From NCBI GenBank assembly GCA_963773095.1, contig CAVYZY010000013.1:18271-82270 (forward strand): 64,000 nucleotides of DNA, given 5' to 3'. The DNA is from an uncultured Gemmatimonadales bacterium. GTDB taxonomy: Bacteria; Gemmatimonadota; Gemmatimonadetes; Gemmatimonadales; GWC2-71-9. Of the stretch, positions 18,562 through 27,983 are shown piece by piece. Every line of letters begins with the position of its first letter. Within the stretch, counting starts at the first letter, position 1. Position numbers and translations under genes: made by a program. The notes below the pieces were generated by a model. The model worked only from the letters and a program-made list of their open reading frames with translations. It was not told where the DNA came from and searched no databases.

Positions 18562-19174
18562 GGCGACTAATCTAGCGCAGGCCCTGCAACTCATGCTCGT
18601 CACCGACGACACGGTCCTCGGCGGGCGCGATCTCGTCACCGTGATCAGGGCGGCGGAGCAGGGGGGCATCACCTCGGTGCAGCTCCGGATGAAGCTCGCC
18701 ACGGCGGCGGAACTGGCCCGCCTCGGTCGCGCGGTGCTGCGCGCGGTGAGTATCCCCGTCATCATCAACGATCGCGTCGACGTGGCGCTCGCCATCGGCG
18801 CCCAGGGAGTGCACCTGGGCCCCGATGACGTTCCCGCCGTGCTGGCGCGCCGCATCACGCCGCCCGGCTTCATCATCGGCGCGAGTGTCGGGCTGGAATC
18901 CGAAGTGGGGAACGGCACGGAGGCCGATTATTGGGGAGTTGGCCCCTGGTCCCGCACCGGCACCAAGGCCGACGCCGGCGCCGCACTTGGCGCGGCCGGA
19001 TTCGCGCACATTGCGGCGCAGGCGGGACCGCGGCCCTGCATCGCCATTGGCGGCATCCAGCCCGATGATGTCGCTGCCGCCTTGGCCGCCGGCGCCGCGG
19101 GGGTCGCTGTCGTCTCGGGAATCCTTGGGGCCAGCGATGTGACGGCGGCGGCCCGTCGCTACCGGGCGCTGTAG
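18560..19174 (+). CDS. thiE: Thiamine-phosphate synthase
   Basis: LMLVTDD, GGITSVQLRMK, VIINDRVDVALAIGAQGVHLGPDD, IIGASV, IAIGGI and GVAVVSGI are the canonical ThiE pattern. An alternative start MLVTDD lies at 18593. Confidence 0.9.
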   Translation: MATNLAQALQLMLVTDDTVLGGRDLVTVIRAAEQGGITSVQLRMKLATAAELARLGRAVLRAVSIPVIINDRVDVALAIGAQGVHLGPDDVPAVLARRITPPGFIIGASVGLESEVGNGTEADYWGVGPWSRTGTKADAGAALGAAGFAHIAAQAGPRPCIAIGGIQPDDVAAALAAGAAGVAVVSGILGASDVTAAARRYRAL

Positions 19175-19176
19175 CC

Positions 19177-19246
19177 ACGACTCACGACTCCCAACTCACT
19201 GACGACTGCCGACTGCCGACTGCCGACTGATGACTGTCCGCTGCCT
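19177..19246 (+). repeat. Heptanucleotide array, 10 units in perfect register
   Basis: ACGACTC ACGACTC CCAACTC ACTGACG ACTGCCG ACTGCCG ACTGCCG ACTGATG ACTGTCC GCTGCCT. It begins 3 nt after the thiE stop and contains the hydrolase ATG (19230). Confidence 0.85.
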
Positions 19247-20210
19247 CATCCTGCTCCTGGCCGCTTCGCCACTTGTGGCACAGGAGTCCCAGCTTCCCGC
19301 GGGCCTCGTCGAACGCCCGGTCGTGGTCGGAGCTAAACCTACCGCGCTCCCCGGAACGCTGACCCTCCCGGCGGGACCGGGACCATTTCCCGGCGTCGTG
19401 CTGGTACATGGCTCCGGACCACAGGACCGTGACGAAACCATCGGCGGCAGCAAGCTGTTCCGCGACCTTGCGTGGGGCCTCGCCACGAAGGGCGTCGCGG
19501 TGCTCCGCTATGAGAAGCGCACTCGCGCCGCGCCCTTCTACTTCGTCGGGCGCCGGTACACCATCGATGATGAGACCGTCGTCGACGCCGTGCTCGCGAC
19601 GAGCCTGCTTCGTGCACAGCCCGAGATTGACCGGCGCCGCACCGTGGTACTGGGTCACAGCCTGGGCGGGGTCTTCGGCCCCGTCATCGCGGCGCGCGAC
19701 ACCCTGCTCGCTGGCATCGTTATCATGGCCGGAGCCACCACCAGCACCTTCGCTGACATCATCGAGCGGCAGATCGCCTACCTCGCCGCCTTGCCGCCAG
19801 CCGACACCGCCGGACTCGGCGCCATGCGGCAGTTCCTCGGCCCGGCGGTCCCGGCACTCAGGAAGCTCACCGCCGCCGACACAGCAACGGCCATGATGAT
19901 CTCCTTGGCTCCCGCGTCGTACTGGTACAGCCTGATGAGCTATGACATGGCGGCGGCGAGCAGGGAAGTGCGGGTGCCGATGCTGGTGCTTCAGGGTGGG
20001 CGGGACTACCAGATGACGGTGGCCGACCTGGAAGCGTGGAAGGCTGCTGTCGGCCCGAAGGGCGGGGTCACGGTGCGGATCTATCCGCTCCTCAACCATG
20101 CTTTCGTCGCGGGCACGGTGCCATCGATTCCCTCGGAGTACGCCGCGCCCGGACGCGTCGCCCCGGAAGTGATAGACGACATCGCGGCGTGGATGGCAGC
20201 CCTACCATAG
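19230..20210 (+). CDS. Secreted alpha/beta hydrolase (dienelactone hydrolase / S9-like)
   Basis: Signal peptide MTVRCLILLLAASPLVAQ. GVVLVHGSGPQDRDE. Nucleophile elbow VLGHSLGG. C-terminal LLNHAF (His of the triad). Confidence 0.8.
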   Translation: MTVRCLILLLAASPLVAQESQLPAGLVERPVVVGAKPTALPGTLTLPAGPGPFPGVVLVHGSGPQDRDETIGGSKLFRDLAWGLATKGVAVLRYEKRTRAAPFYFVGRRYTIDDETVVDAVLATSLLRAQPEIDRRRTVVLGHSLGGVFGPVIAARDTLLAGIVIMAGATTSTFADIIERQIAYLAALPPADTAGLGAMRQFLGPAVPALRKLTAADTATAMMISLAPASYWYSLMSYDMAAASREVRVPMLVLQGGRDYQMTVADLEAWKAAVGPKGGVTVRIYPLLNHAFVAGTVPSIPSEYAAPGRVAPEVIDDIAAWMAALP

Positions 20211-20222
20211 CCTGCGCAGCAC

Positions 20223-20257
20223 CCGCTCACCGCTCACCGCTCACCGCTCACCGTCAC
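20223..20257 (+). repeat. Heptanucleotide array CCGCTCA x4 plus CCGTCAC between convergent genes
   Basis: ccgctca ccgctca ccgctca ccgctca ccgtcac. The last unit contains the mltG stop (TCA 20254-20256). Confidence 0.85.
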
Positions 20258-21285
20258 GGCGCCGTGCCGCCCTCCACGTCGGGCCCTCTGGCCCTCCGGA
20301 TCCGCGCGATCGCCCGCAAGTGCTCACCATAGGTCCGCGTAAACACATGGTGCCCGTCGCCAGCGGCAACGAAGAACAGGTAGGGTACCATCGCCGGATA
20401 GAGCGCAGCTTCGATGCTGGCCCGCCCCGGTGAATTGACCGGGCCCGGCGGCAGTCCGGTATTGAGGTAGGTGTTGTAGGGCGAGCGGAACTCATAGTCC
20501 TTGAGGAGCAGGCGGTTCTTCCTCGATCCAGTGGCTATCTGGATCGCGTACTGCACGGTCGGGTCCGCCTGCAGCGGCATCCCCTTCTTGATCCGGTTCC
20601 AGTACACGGCGGAGATGATCGACCGCTCGCTGTCCACCTGGGCCTCGCCCTCGATGATGGACGCCAGGGCGAGCAGGTGAAGCCGGGTCATGCCCAGGCT
20701 GTCGAGTCGCGGGCTCCAGGCGGGGTCCCAGGCGGTCAGTCCCTGCTGCGCCATGATGCGGACCAGGCCGCGCGCGCTTACTCCGGCGGGCACGAGGTAG
20801 GTCTCCGGCAGGAGGAGCCCCTCAAAGCTCATGGCGCCATCCACATACGCCGATGCGCTCAACGCGTCATTGGCGGCGGCCATGAACGAGTCGATCGGGA
20901 TCTCCAGTGCCTGCTTCGCGATCGGCGCGATCTCGGCGAGGGTGAGTCCCTCGGGCACGGTGATGCGCAGCATCAGCTGGTCGCCCCGCTTGAGCGCATC
21001 CATCACCGACCAGGCGGACGACCCCCGCGCCAGGCGGTATACTCCCGCTCGCACCGACCGGTCGAGCCCCCGCACCCGCGCCAGCAGCTTGAACCACCGC
21101 GGGTGGCTGATGACCCCGTGCGCGCTGAGCGAGTCGGTCACCCCGGCGAACGAACTGCCCGCCGGGATGGTGACCTGCTCCACCGGCCCCGCCGGCGCCC
21201 CGCATGCCATGAGGAGCGCAAGCACGGCCCACGACCCACGACCCACGACCCACGACTGCCAACTCACTGACGACTCAGGACTCAC
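20254..21285 (-). CDS. mltG: Endolytic murein transglycosylase MltG (YceG family)
   Basis: YceG motifs are present: ASIIEGEAQVDSERSIISAVYWNRIKKGMPLQADPTVQYA, SPYNTYLNTGLPPGPVNSPG. The GTG start overlaps the ruvX stop (GTGA). The first ~20 codons are encoded by the heptad array, so the true start may be an internal GTG (MGRGSWAVLALLMAC, lipobox-like). Confidence 0.88.
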   Translation of the reverse strand: MSPESSVSWQSWVVGRGSWAVLALLMACGAPAGPVEQVTIPAGSSFAGVTDSLSAHGVISHPRWFKLLARVRGLDRSVRAGVYRLARGSSAWSVMDALKRGDQLMLRITVPEGLTLAEIAPIAKQALEIPIDSFMAAANDALSASAYVDGAMSFEGLLLPETYLVPAGVSARGLVRIMAQQGLTAWDPAWSPRLDSLGMTRLHLLALASIIEGEAQVDSERSIISAVYWNRIKKGMPLQADPTVQYAIQIATGSRKNRLLLKDYEFRSPYNTYLNTGLPPGPVNSPGRASIEAALYPAMVPYLFFVAAGDGHHVFTRTYGEHLRAIARIRRARGPDVEGGTAP

Positions 21286-21299
21286 AGCTCACGGCTCTC
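21223..21299 (+). repeat. Heptanucleotide array, 11 units in register, spanning the ruvX stop and mltG start
   Basis: CACGGCC CACGACC x3 CACGACT GCCAACT CACTGAC GACTCAG GACTCAC AGCTCAC GGCTCTC. It shares the exact 17-mer CCAACTCACTGACGACT (21259-21275) with 19191-19207. Confidence 0.85.
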
Positions 21300-21722
21300 C
21301 GGCGAACGCCGGCTGTCGAGGAATCCCTGCAGCAGCACACTCGCCGCCAGGGCGTCGACGTCCTCCTTGCGACCCCGCGTGCTCCCGCCCTGCTCCTTGA
21401 TGGCCCGCAGCGCCCGTGCCGTGCTCATGCGCTCATCCCAGTAGGCCACCGGTAGGTGCGACCGCCGCTCCATCAGCGTGCCGAGCTGCCGCGCGAAGGC
21501 GGCCGCCTCGCCTTCGTCTCCCTCGAGTGTCAGCGGCAGCCCCACCACAATCCCCACCGGATGGTGCGCCTCGACGTGACCCAGCAAGATCGGCATGGGG
21601 AAGCGCTTCCCTCCGCGCCGCGTCACTGTCGCGAGCGGCGAGGAGAAGAGCTGCAGCTCGTCACTGAGGGCGATGCCGATCCGCCGCTCTCCCCAGTCCA
21701 GTGCCAGGATCCGCCCTTGCAT
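21282..21722 (-). CDS. ruvX: Holliday junction resolvase-like RNase H-fold protein RuvX/YqgF
   Basis: MQGRILALDWGERRIGIALSD, GIVVGLPLTLEG and DERMST are YqgF hallmarks. Start trimmed to MQGR. The 17 upstream codons of the track ORF are heptad-repeat sequence. Confidence 0.9.
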   Translation of the reverse strand: MQGRILALDWGERRIGIALSDELQLFSSPLATVTRRGGKRFPMPILLGHVEAHHPVGIVVGLPLTLEGDEGEAAAFARQLGTLMERRSHLPVAYWDERMSTARALRAIKEQGGSTRGRKEDVDALAASVLLQGFLDSRRSPESREL

Positions 21723-21729
21723 CGGAAGG

Positions 21730-21757
21730 TGAGCGATGAGCGGTAAGCGGTGAGCGG
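21730..21757 (-). repeat. Inverted copy of the CCGCTCA/CCGCTTA heptad array
   Basis: On the plus strand this reads tgagcga tgagcgg taagcgg tgagcgg. The reverse complement of 21737-21757 matches 21821-21841 at 20/21 positions. Confidence 0.8.
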
Positions 21758-21785
21758 GGTCTTCGGGGGTCATGGCTGAAAAGCT

Positions 21786-21819
21786 AAGCGGGAGGAGCCG
21801 TCTTCGTCTCCTCCCGCTT
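21786..21819 (-). terminator. 12-bp perfect hairpin downstream of rho (candidate terminator/attenuator ahead of ruvX)
   Basis: AAGCGGGAGGAG-ccgtcttcgt-CTCCTCCCGCTT. On the minus strand it is followed by AGCTTTTCAGCC. Confidence 0.45.
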
Positions 21820-21841
21820 ACCGCTCACCGCTTACCGCTTA
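21814..21841 (+). repeat. Heptanucleotide array CCGCTTA CCGCTCA CCGCTTA CCGCTTA just downstream of rho
   Basis: Four units in register. The first unit overlaps the 3' arm of the 12-bp hairpin. Confidence 0.8.
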
Positions 21842-21852
21842 CGCAGTTTCGG

Positions 21853-23100
<1,248 letters not shown>

Positions 23101-23331
23101 GGAGGGACTCCAAGCGGGTCGGAGACGCCGCAGGGCGCGGCGGTCAGCAACAGCGGGTTGGGGAAAGGCTCAGCGAAACGTGTCAGAATTAATGGCGGCA
23201 GGCGCAGAACGGCGTCACTCAGCCATCAGACCTGTCTGGGGGAGCAAATGTATACGGGGCTTGATGGGGCATAACGTAAGGTGCGGCCTGTTGTGCCGTC
23301 AAGAGGGCGCGCCCCCGGCCCCTGGTAACGG

Positions 23332-24582
23332 GTGAGCCGCCGCTCCGCCTCCTTGGCCGCGGCCCTCACGGTCGTGGCCATCCTCCTCCTCACCCTCTGG
23401 CCGCTGCCGGAGCAGTCGTACCAGGCGTCCCTTTCGCCCGTTTCCTGCCTCGTTTGTGGCAGCCAGGGCACGCAGGACGTGATCCAAAACGTCCTCATGT
23501 TCCTGCCCCTCGGCCTCTTCCTTGGCCTCGCCGGTGTCCGGCCTGGTCGAGCCGCGCTCGCCGGATTTGCGCTCTCCCTGCTGGTGGAGTCGCTTCAGTA
23601 CACCGTCGTTGCCGGCCGCGACGCGACCCTGAGCGACGTGATCACCAACACTCTGGGTGCCGCGCTGGGCGCGGCCCTCGCACCCCACCTTCCCACCCTC
23701 CTGCGGCCGGGACGCCATGCTGCAGGCCGGCTTGCCTTCGCCGCCGTGCTTCTCTGGGCCGGTGCCTGGGCTTTCGGGGCCTGGGCGATGGAGGGGAATC
23801 CCGGCGCAGGAAACTGGCGCGGACGGTTTCCCAACGACCTGCCGGATGCACCCGCACTGAACGGTGACGCGGTGCAGGCGAGCATCAGCGGCGCCCCGCT
23901 CGGGCTCGCTCCTGCGCGGCTGCCGGTCGAGGTGGAGCAGGGATTTGCGCGCGATTCGTTCACCCTGCGCCTGGAGGTGAGGCCCGGCCCGCCGATCGCG
24001 TGGCGAGAGAACGTCGTCACCATCATCGATTTCAGGGAGGATGGGGGCGGCGCGAACAACAGCCTCGTCATGACGCTCAACCGCGTGCGGCCACGGGCGC
24101 TCCTGACGTTCCGGATCAACGCGGCGCGCGCGCGGCTTCGCACGCCGAGCTTCAATCTCGGTCCGGCCTTCGACGTGCCGCCCGGTCGTGATGTGACGCT
24201 TGAGGTATCCCGGGCGCGCGGCGCGCTTCACTCGGTCACTCACCGCGGCGGGCAGACGCTGACAACGGAATACCGGATCGGGCCGGAGCTCCTGTGGGCC
24301 GTCGTGGCACCCCGAACGCCACAGCCGGGCTTCGCATGGATCCTCGAGGCATTCCTGTGGGCCACTGCTGCGCTGTTCGTTGCCGGGTACTGGACCGGTC
24401 GGTCGGGGTCCCGCGGCATCGCGCTGCTTGCCGTATTCCTGGCGGTCTTGGTGCAGGCCGCTACGCCGCGCCTTTTTGCGGTCGCAGAGCAGTCGCCCCT
24501 CGGCTGGACCATGCTCCTCGGAGGGCTTCTCATCGGCGCCGCCATCGGCGTCGCGTCTCCTCGACGCACATCTGACGACTGA
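23332..24582 (+). CDS. VanZ-like family membrane protein with a large extra domain
   Basis: N-terminal VanZ pattern (LLLTLWP..NVLMFLPLGLFLGL..SLLVESLQYTVVAGRDATLSDVITNTLGAALG). This is followed by a ~200-aa soluble segment and C-terminal TM helices. Confidence 0.7.
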   Translation: MSRRSASLAAALTVVAILLLTLWPLPEQSYQASLSPVSCLVCGSQGTQDVIQNVLMFLPLGLFLGLAGVRPGRAALAGFALSLLVESLQYTVVAGRDATLSDVITNTLGAALGAALAPHLPTLLRPGRHAAGRLAFAAVLLWAGAWAFGAWAMEGNPGAGNWRGRFPNDLPDAPALNGDAVQASISGAPLGLAPARLPVEVEQGFARDSFTLRLEVRPGPPIAWRENVVTIIDFREDGGGANNSLVMTLNRVRPRALLTFRINAARARLRTPSFNLGPAFDVPPGRDVTLEVSRARGALHSVTHRGGQTLTTEYRIGPELLWAVVAPRTPQPGFAWILEAFLWATAALFVAGYWTGRSGSRGIALLAVFLAVLVQAATPRLFAVAEQSPLGWTMLLGGLLIGAAIGVASPRRTSDD

Positions 24583-24612
24583 CTGACAACTCACGACTGA
24601 CGACTCACGACC
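24573..24612 (+). repeat. Heptad-periodic repeat (CACGAC/TGACGAC family) at the VanZ-like gene stop
   Basis: tgacgac tgactga caactca cgactga cgactca cgacc. The gene stop TGA (24580-24582) lies inside the array. Confidence 0.7.
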
Positions 24613-24715
24613 ATGGCCCGAATCCTTCCGGGCTCTGCCTGCTGGGCGCGGTGTACTTCGTGTTCCGCTCCAAGTAGCGCCGACTCCCCCGCGGTTCCCG
24701 GCCCTCGACCCGATA

Positions 24716-24729
24716 CGCAACGCGTTGCG
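24716..24729. promoter_or_regulatory. Perfect 14-bp palindrome upstream of the TonB receptor gene (candidate operator)
   Basis: CGCAACGCGTTGCG is self-complementary and lies 54-67 nt upstream of the GTG at 24783. Confidence 0.3.
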
Positions 24730-24782
24730 CATCGGTCTCCGCCGCCGTAGCTTCGCACCATCCCTCGTCCACGGAGTGCACA

Positions 24783-27700
24783 GTGTTTAGGCGCGCCGCG
24801 CTCGTCTTCGTCTTGCTCATCGCGGCGTCGCCCCTGGCGGCGCAGGGCCGTACCGGCTCCGGCCTGGGCCTGCGCGTCGTCCGCGCCGACCACCCCGACA
24901 GCGGTCTCGTGGCCGATGTCGTGGTCACCGATCTCCGCACCGGCCAGCGATTGGAGCGGCAGACCGATGCCGCCGGGTGGTTGCGGCTCGAAAACCTGTC
25001 TCCCGGCGGCCCGTGGCAGGTCACCGCGCGCGCGCTCGGCTGCCAGCCCCTCGAGGTCAGCGATATCCGGTTGCCGCTCGGTGAGACCCTGCAGCTCACG
25101 CTCCCGCTCCCGGCGTCCAGCGTGTCCCTGCCGGCCATCACCGTCGTCGCGAACGCCGACTCCCTCCGCATCTCGTCGAGCGCGGGGCCATCGTCGATCG
25201 TGACCCAGCGGGAAATCCGGCAGTTGCCGCTGCTCAATCGCGACATGGTCGACCTCATCCAGACCACGCCCGAGGCCAGCGGCACCTCGGTCGCCGGGGC
25301 CAACAACCGCTACAACAACATCCTGATCGATGGCGGGTCGGACAACGACTACTTCGGCCTGAGCCGCGGCACCGGCACGCCTGGCGGCCAGATCGGCACG
25401 CGCTCGATCCCGCTCGATGCCGTACAGGAGTTCCAGGTCGACGCGGCGCCGTACGACGCGCGCCTTGGCGACTTCACCGGCGGCCGCATCAATGCCGTCA
25501 CCCACTCCGGCAGCAATCGCTTCCAGGGCACCGCGTTTGCCCTCTACCAGGGCGAGGCGCTCACCGGGCACGACAGCGCCGGGAACAGCGCTGCGGACTT
25601 CTCCAACTGGCAGTACGGGGCGTCGATCGGCGGCCCGATCGTGAAGGACAAGGTCCTGTTCTTCGCGGCGGGCGAGATGCGCGAGCGTCAGGCGCCCTAC
25701 GTTGGGCCAGTCATCGGGTCGTCAACCGACGTGGGGATCTCGGTGGACAGCGTGAATCGCTTCGTGTCGATCCTGCAGGGCTACGGCCTGGATCCCGGGA
25801 GCTATGGCGGGTACACGACGTCGAACCGCAGTGGCAACCTCTTCACGAAGCTGACGGCATTGCTTGGGCCATCCGGCGTGCTCGAGGCGTCACTCAACTA
25901 TGCGAACGGCTCGATCCAGGACACCCTCGCGCCGCCGAGGACCGTCGGCGCCGACTACCGGCTCACCTCGGCGGGGTTCGAGCCGGCATCGACCCAGTGG
26001 AGCGGCCGCCTCCGCTGGACGGCGGTCTTTACGAACCGCATCACCAACGAGTTCCTGGCCACGGTAGCACACGTGGATGAGCCGCGCACGCCTGTGACCG
26101 GCTATCCGGCGATCTTCGCGGGCAACGTGGGCAATCCCGGCTTCGGCGGGGCGCGGCTCATCGCCGGGGCGGACCCCTCGTCCCAGCAGCTGGGACTGAC
26201 CCAGGGTGCCTTCGGCTTCAGCAATACCTCGACCTTCGCGCTGGGGCCGCATCAGCTCAGCACTGGCCTCGATGCCGACTTCCTGAGTTTCGACTTCTCG
26301 TCGTTCCCGAGCGCCATCGGCCAGTATCAGTTCGCCAGCCTCGCGGCGTTCGAGGCGGGCACACCATCCCGGTTCATCCGCAGCATCGAGCTCAGGCCGG
26401 GCGGCTCCACCGCCAGCTTCAGCGCATCACGGCTCGGCCTCTTCCTGCAGGACCATTGGCAGGTGAACGATCGACTGACGCTCCTCGCCGGAATCCGCAT
26501 GGACATCACGATGCTGGATCCGACGCCGACCACCAACCCGGCGCTGCTCGCGAGCCCGCTCGCGGTCAACACCAGCAGCTTCATTCGCGCGCTGCCGCTC
26601 TGGGGGCCCCGTGTCGGGTTCAGCTGGGCGGCGGCCAGGAACACCGATGTGCGGGGCGGGGCCGGTCTCTTCAGCGGGAGGGTGCCCTACAGCTGGATCT
26701 CGTTCGCATACACGCAGACCGGCAACGATGCCGTGCTGCTCAATTGCAGCGGCGCGGCGGCGCCGGCGTTCAATCCCGACCCGGCCACCCAGCCGACGGC
26801 GTGCCTCACGGCATCGACGCCGCCGGTACCAACCGTCACGACCTTTTCGCCCGACTTCAAGATGCCGCAGAGCCTCAAGCTGTCGCTGGGCGTGGACCAG
26901 CGCCTCCCCTGGGGACTGGTGGCGTCGCTGGACGGGATGTACGAGCGTGGCCAGCAGATGTACATCACTGACCTGAACCTCAACGCTCCGGCCTCCGTGC
27001 TGGCGGGCGAAGGGGACCGGGTCCAGTACGGGACGATCGCCGCGAGCAGCGCTTCCGGCGCCTTGCCGACCGTCACGCCGTCCAAGGTCACGACCGCGTT
27101 CGGACCGGTACTCCAGAATTCGTCCCGCACGTCGGACCAGACCTGGTGGGTCACGGCGCAGGTGGGCAAGCGGTTCGGCGGGCCAATCCAGATGAACGCG
27201 GCGTACACCTACACCAGCGCGCGCGACCTCATGTCACTGCGGGACGCGCAGACCGTGTCCAACTACGGGTTCGTGGCCGTCGACGGCAACCTCGCCAACC
27301 GGCGGCTGTCCACGTCGGTCTTCTCGACGCCGAGCAAGGTCACGGTGACCGCCACCGCCAGCCTGCCGGCGCGGTTTGCGTTCTCGCTGATCTACATCGG
27401 CCGCTCCGGATTGCCGTTCACGTACGTGGTGAACGGCGACGCGAACGCCGACGGGGTGGGGAACCGTGCGGGCGCGTTCGACCGCCAGCAGAACGACGCG
27501 GTCTACGTGCCAATCGATCTCGCCGACGCCTCCATCGTGCGCGACAGCGTCACGACCGGGACCGCCACCGTCCTCGTTCCAGACCCTGCCGGGGCGGCGA
27601 AGCTGAACGAGTACATCGACGCGCAGGGCTGCCTGCAACGCTCACGCGGCACCATTCTGGAGCGAAACGCCTGCCGCAACCCCTGGCAGAACATCCTCAA

Positions 27701-27983
27701 TGCCCGAGTGGGCTGGCAGCTGGTCATTCACGGCCGCCAGACGATGGACTTCACCCTCGACGTGTTCAACCTGCTCAACCTGCTGAGCTCGGAGTGGGGT
27801 CTCATTCGTGAGACGGGAAACTTCGCGAGTGCGGGAGGGGAAAACGTGCCGCTGCTGAAGCTCCGCGGGCAGGATGTCGCGAACGGACGCAACCTCTATG
27901 AGGTGACCCTGCCGCCGACCAACGTCATCAACGTCGAGGCGTCGCGGTGGCGCCTGCAGCTCGGCGCGCGCTATGCCTTCTAG
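24783..27983 (+). CDS. TonB-dependent receptor with an N-terminal carboxypeptidase-regulatory-like domain
   Basis: Signal peptide MFRRAALVFVLLIAASPLAAQ. CarboxypepD_reg-like fold (VVVTDLRTGQRLERQTDAAGWLRLENLSPGGPWQV). Plug domain (VTQREIRQLPLLNRDMVDLIQ). Long beta-barrel ending in LQLGARYAF. Confidence 0.88.
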   Translation: MFRRAALVFVLLIAASPLAAQGRTGSGLGLRVVRADHPDSGLVADVVVTDLRTGQRLERQTDAAGWLRLENLSPGGPWQVTARALGCQPLEVSDIRLPLGETLQLTLPLPASSVSLPAITVVANADSLRISSSAGPSSIVTQREIRQLPLLNRDMVDLIQTTPEASGTSVAGANNRYNNILIDGGSDNDYFGLSRGTGTPGGQIGTRSIPLDAVQEFQVDAAPYDARLGDFTGGRINAVTHSGSNRFQGTAFALYQGEALTGHDSAGNSAADFSNWQYGASIGGPIVKDKVLFFAAGEMRERQAPYVGPVIGSSTDVGISVDSVNRFVSILQGYGLDPGSYGGYTTSNRSGNLFTKLTALLGPSGVLEASLNYANGSIQDTLAPPRTVGADYRLTSAGFEPASTQWSGRLRWTAVFTNRITNEFLATVAHVDEPRTPVTGYPAIFAGNVGNPGFGGARLIAGADPSSQQLGLTQGAFGFSNTSTFALGPHQLSTGLDADFLSFDFSSFPSAIGQYQFASLAAFEAGTPSRFIRSIELRPGGSTASFSASRLGLFLQDHWQVNDRLTLLAGIRMDITMLDPTPTTNPALLASPLAVNTSSFIRALPLWGPRVGFSWAAARNTDVRGGAGLFSGRVPYSWISFAYTQTGNDAVLLNCSGAAAPAFNPDPATQPTACLTASTPPVPTVTTFSPDFKMPQSLKLSLGVDQRLPWGLVASLDGMYERGQQMYITDLNLNAPASVLAGEGDRVQYGTIAASSASGALPTVTPSKVTTAFGPVLQNSSRTSDQTWWVTAQVGKRFGGPIQMNAAYTYTSARDLMSLRDAQTVSNYGFVAVDGNLANRRLSTSVFSTPSKVTVTATASLPARFAFSLIYIGRSGLPFTYVVNGDANADGVGNRAGAFDRQQNDAVYVPIDLADASIVRDSVTTGTATVLVPDPAGAAKLNEYIDAQGCLQRSRGTILERNACRNPWQNILNARVGWQLVIHGRQTMDFTLDVFNLLNLLSSEWGLIRETGNFASAGGENVPLLKLRGQDVANGRNLYEVTLPPTNVINVEASRWRLQLGARYAF

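Noticed and set aside
19177-21299. Heptad arrays as CRISPR or minisatellite-encoded peptides
   Set aside because: The units are 7 nt with no spacers, so this is not a CRISPR array. No long ORF depends on the arrays except short terminal extensions of flanking genes.
24613-24782. Cobalamin or Moco riboswitch upstream of the TonB receptor / ModA-like pair
   Set aside because: I could not find a B12 box or the conserved Moco-motif core by eye. An Rfam scan would be needed, so no claim is made.
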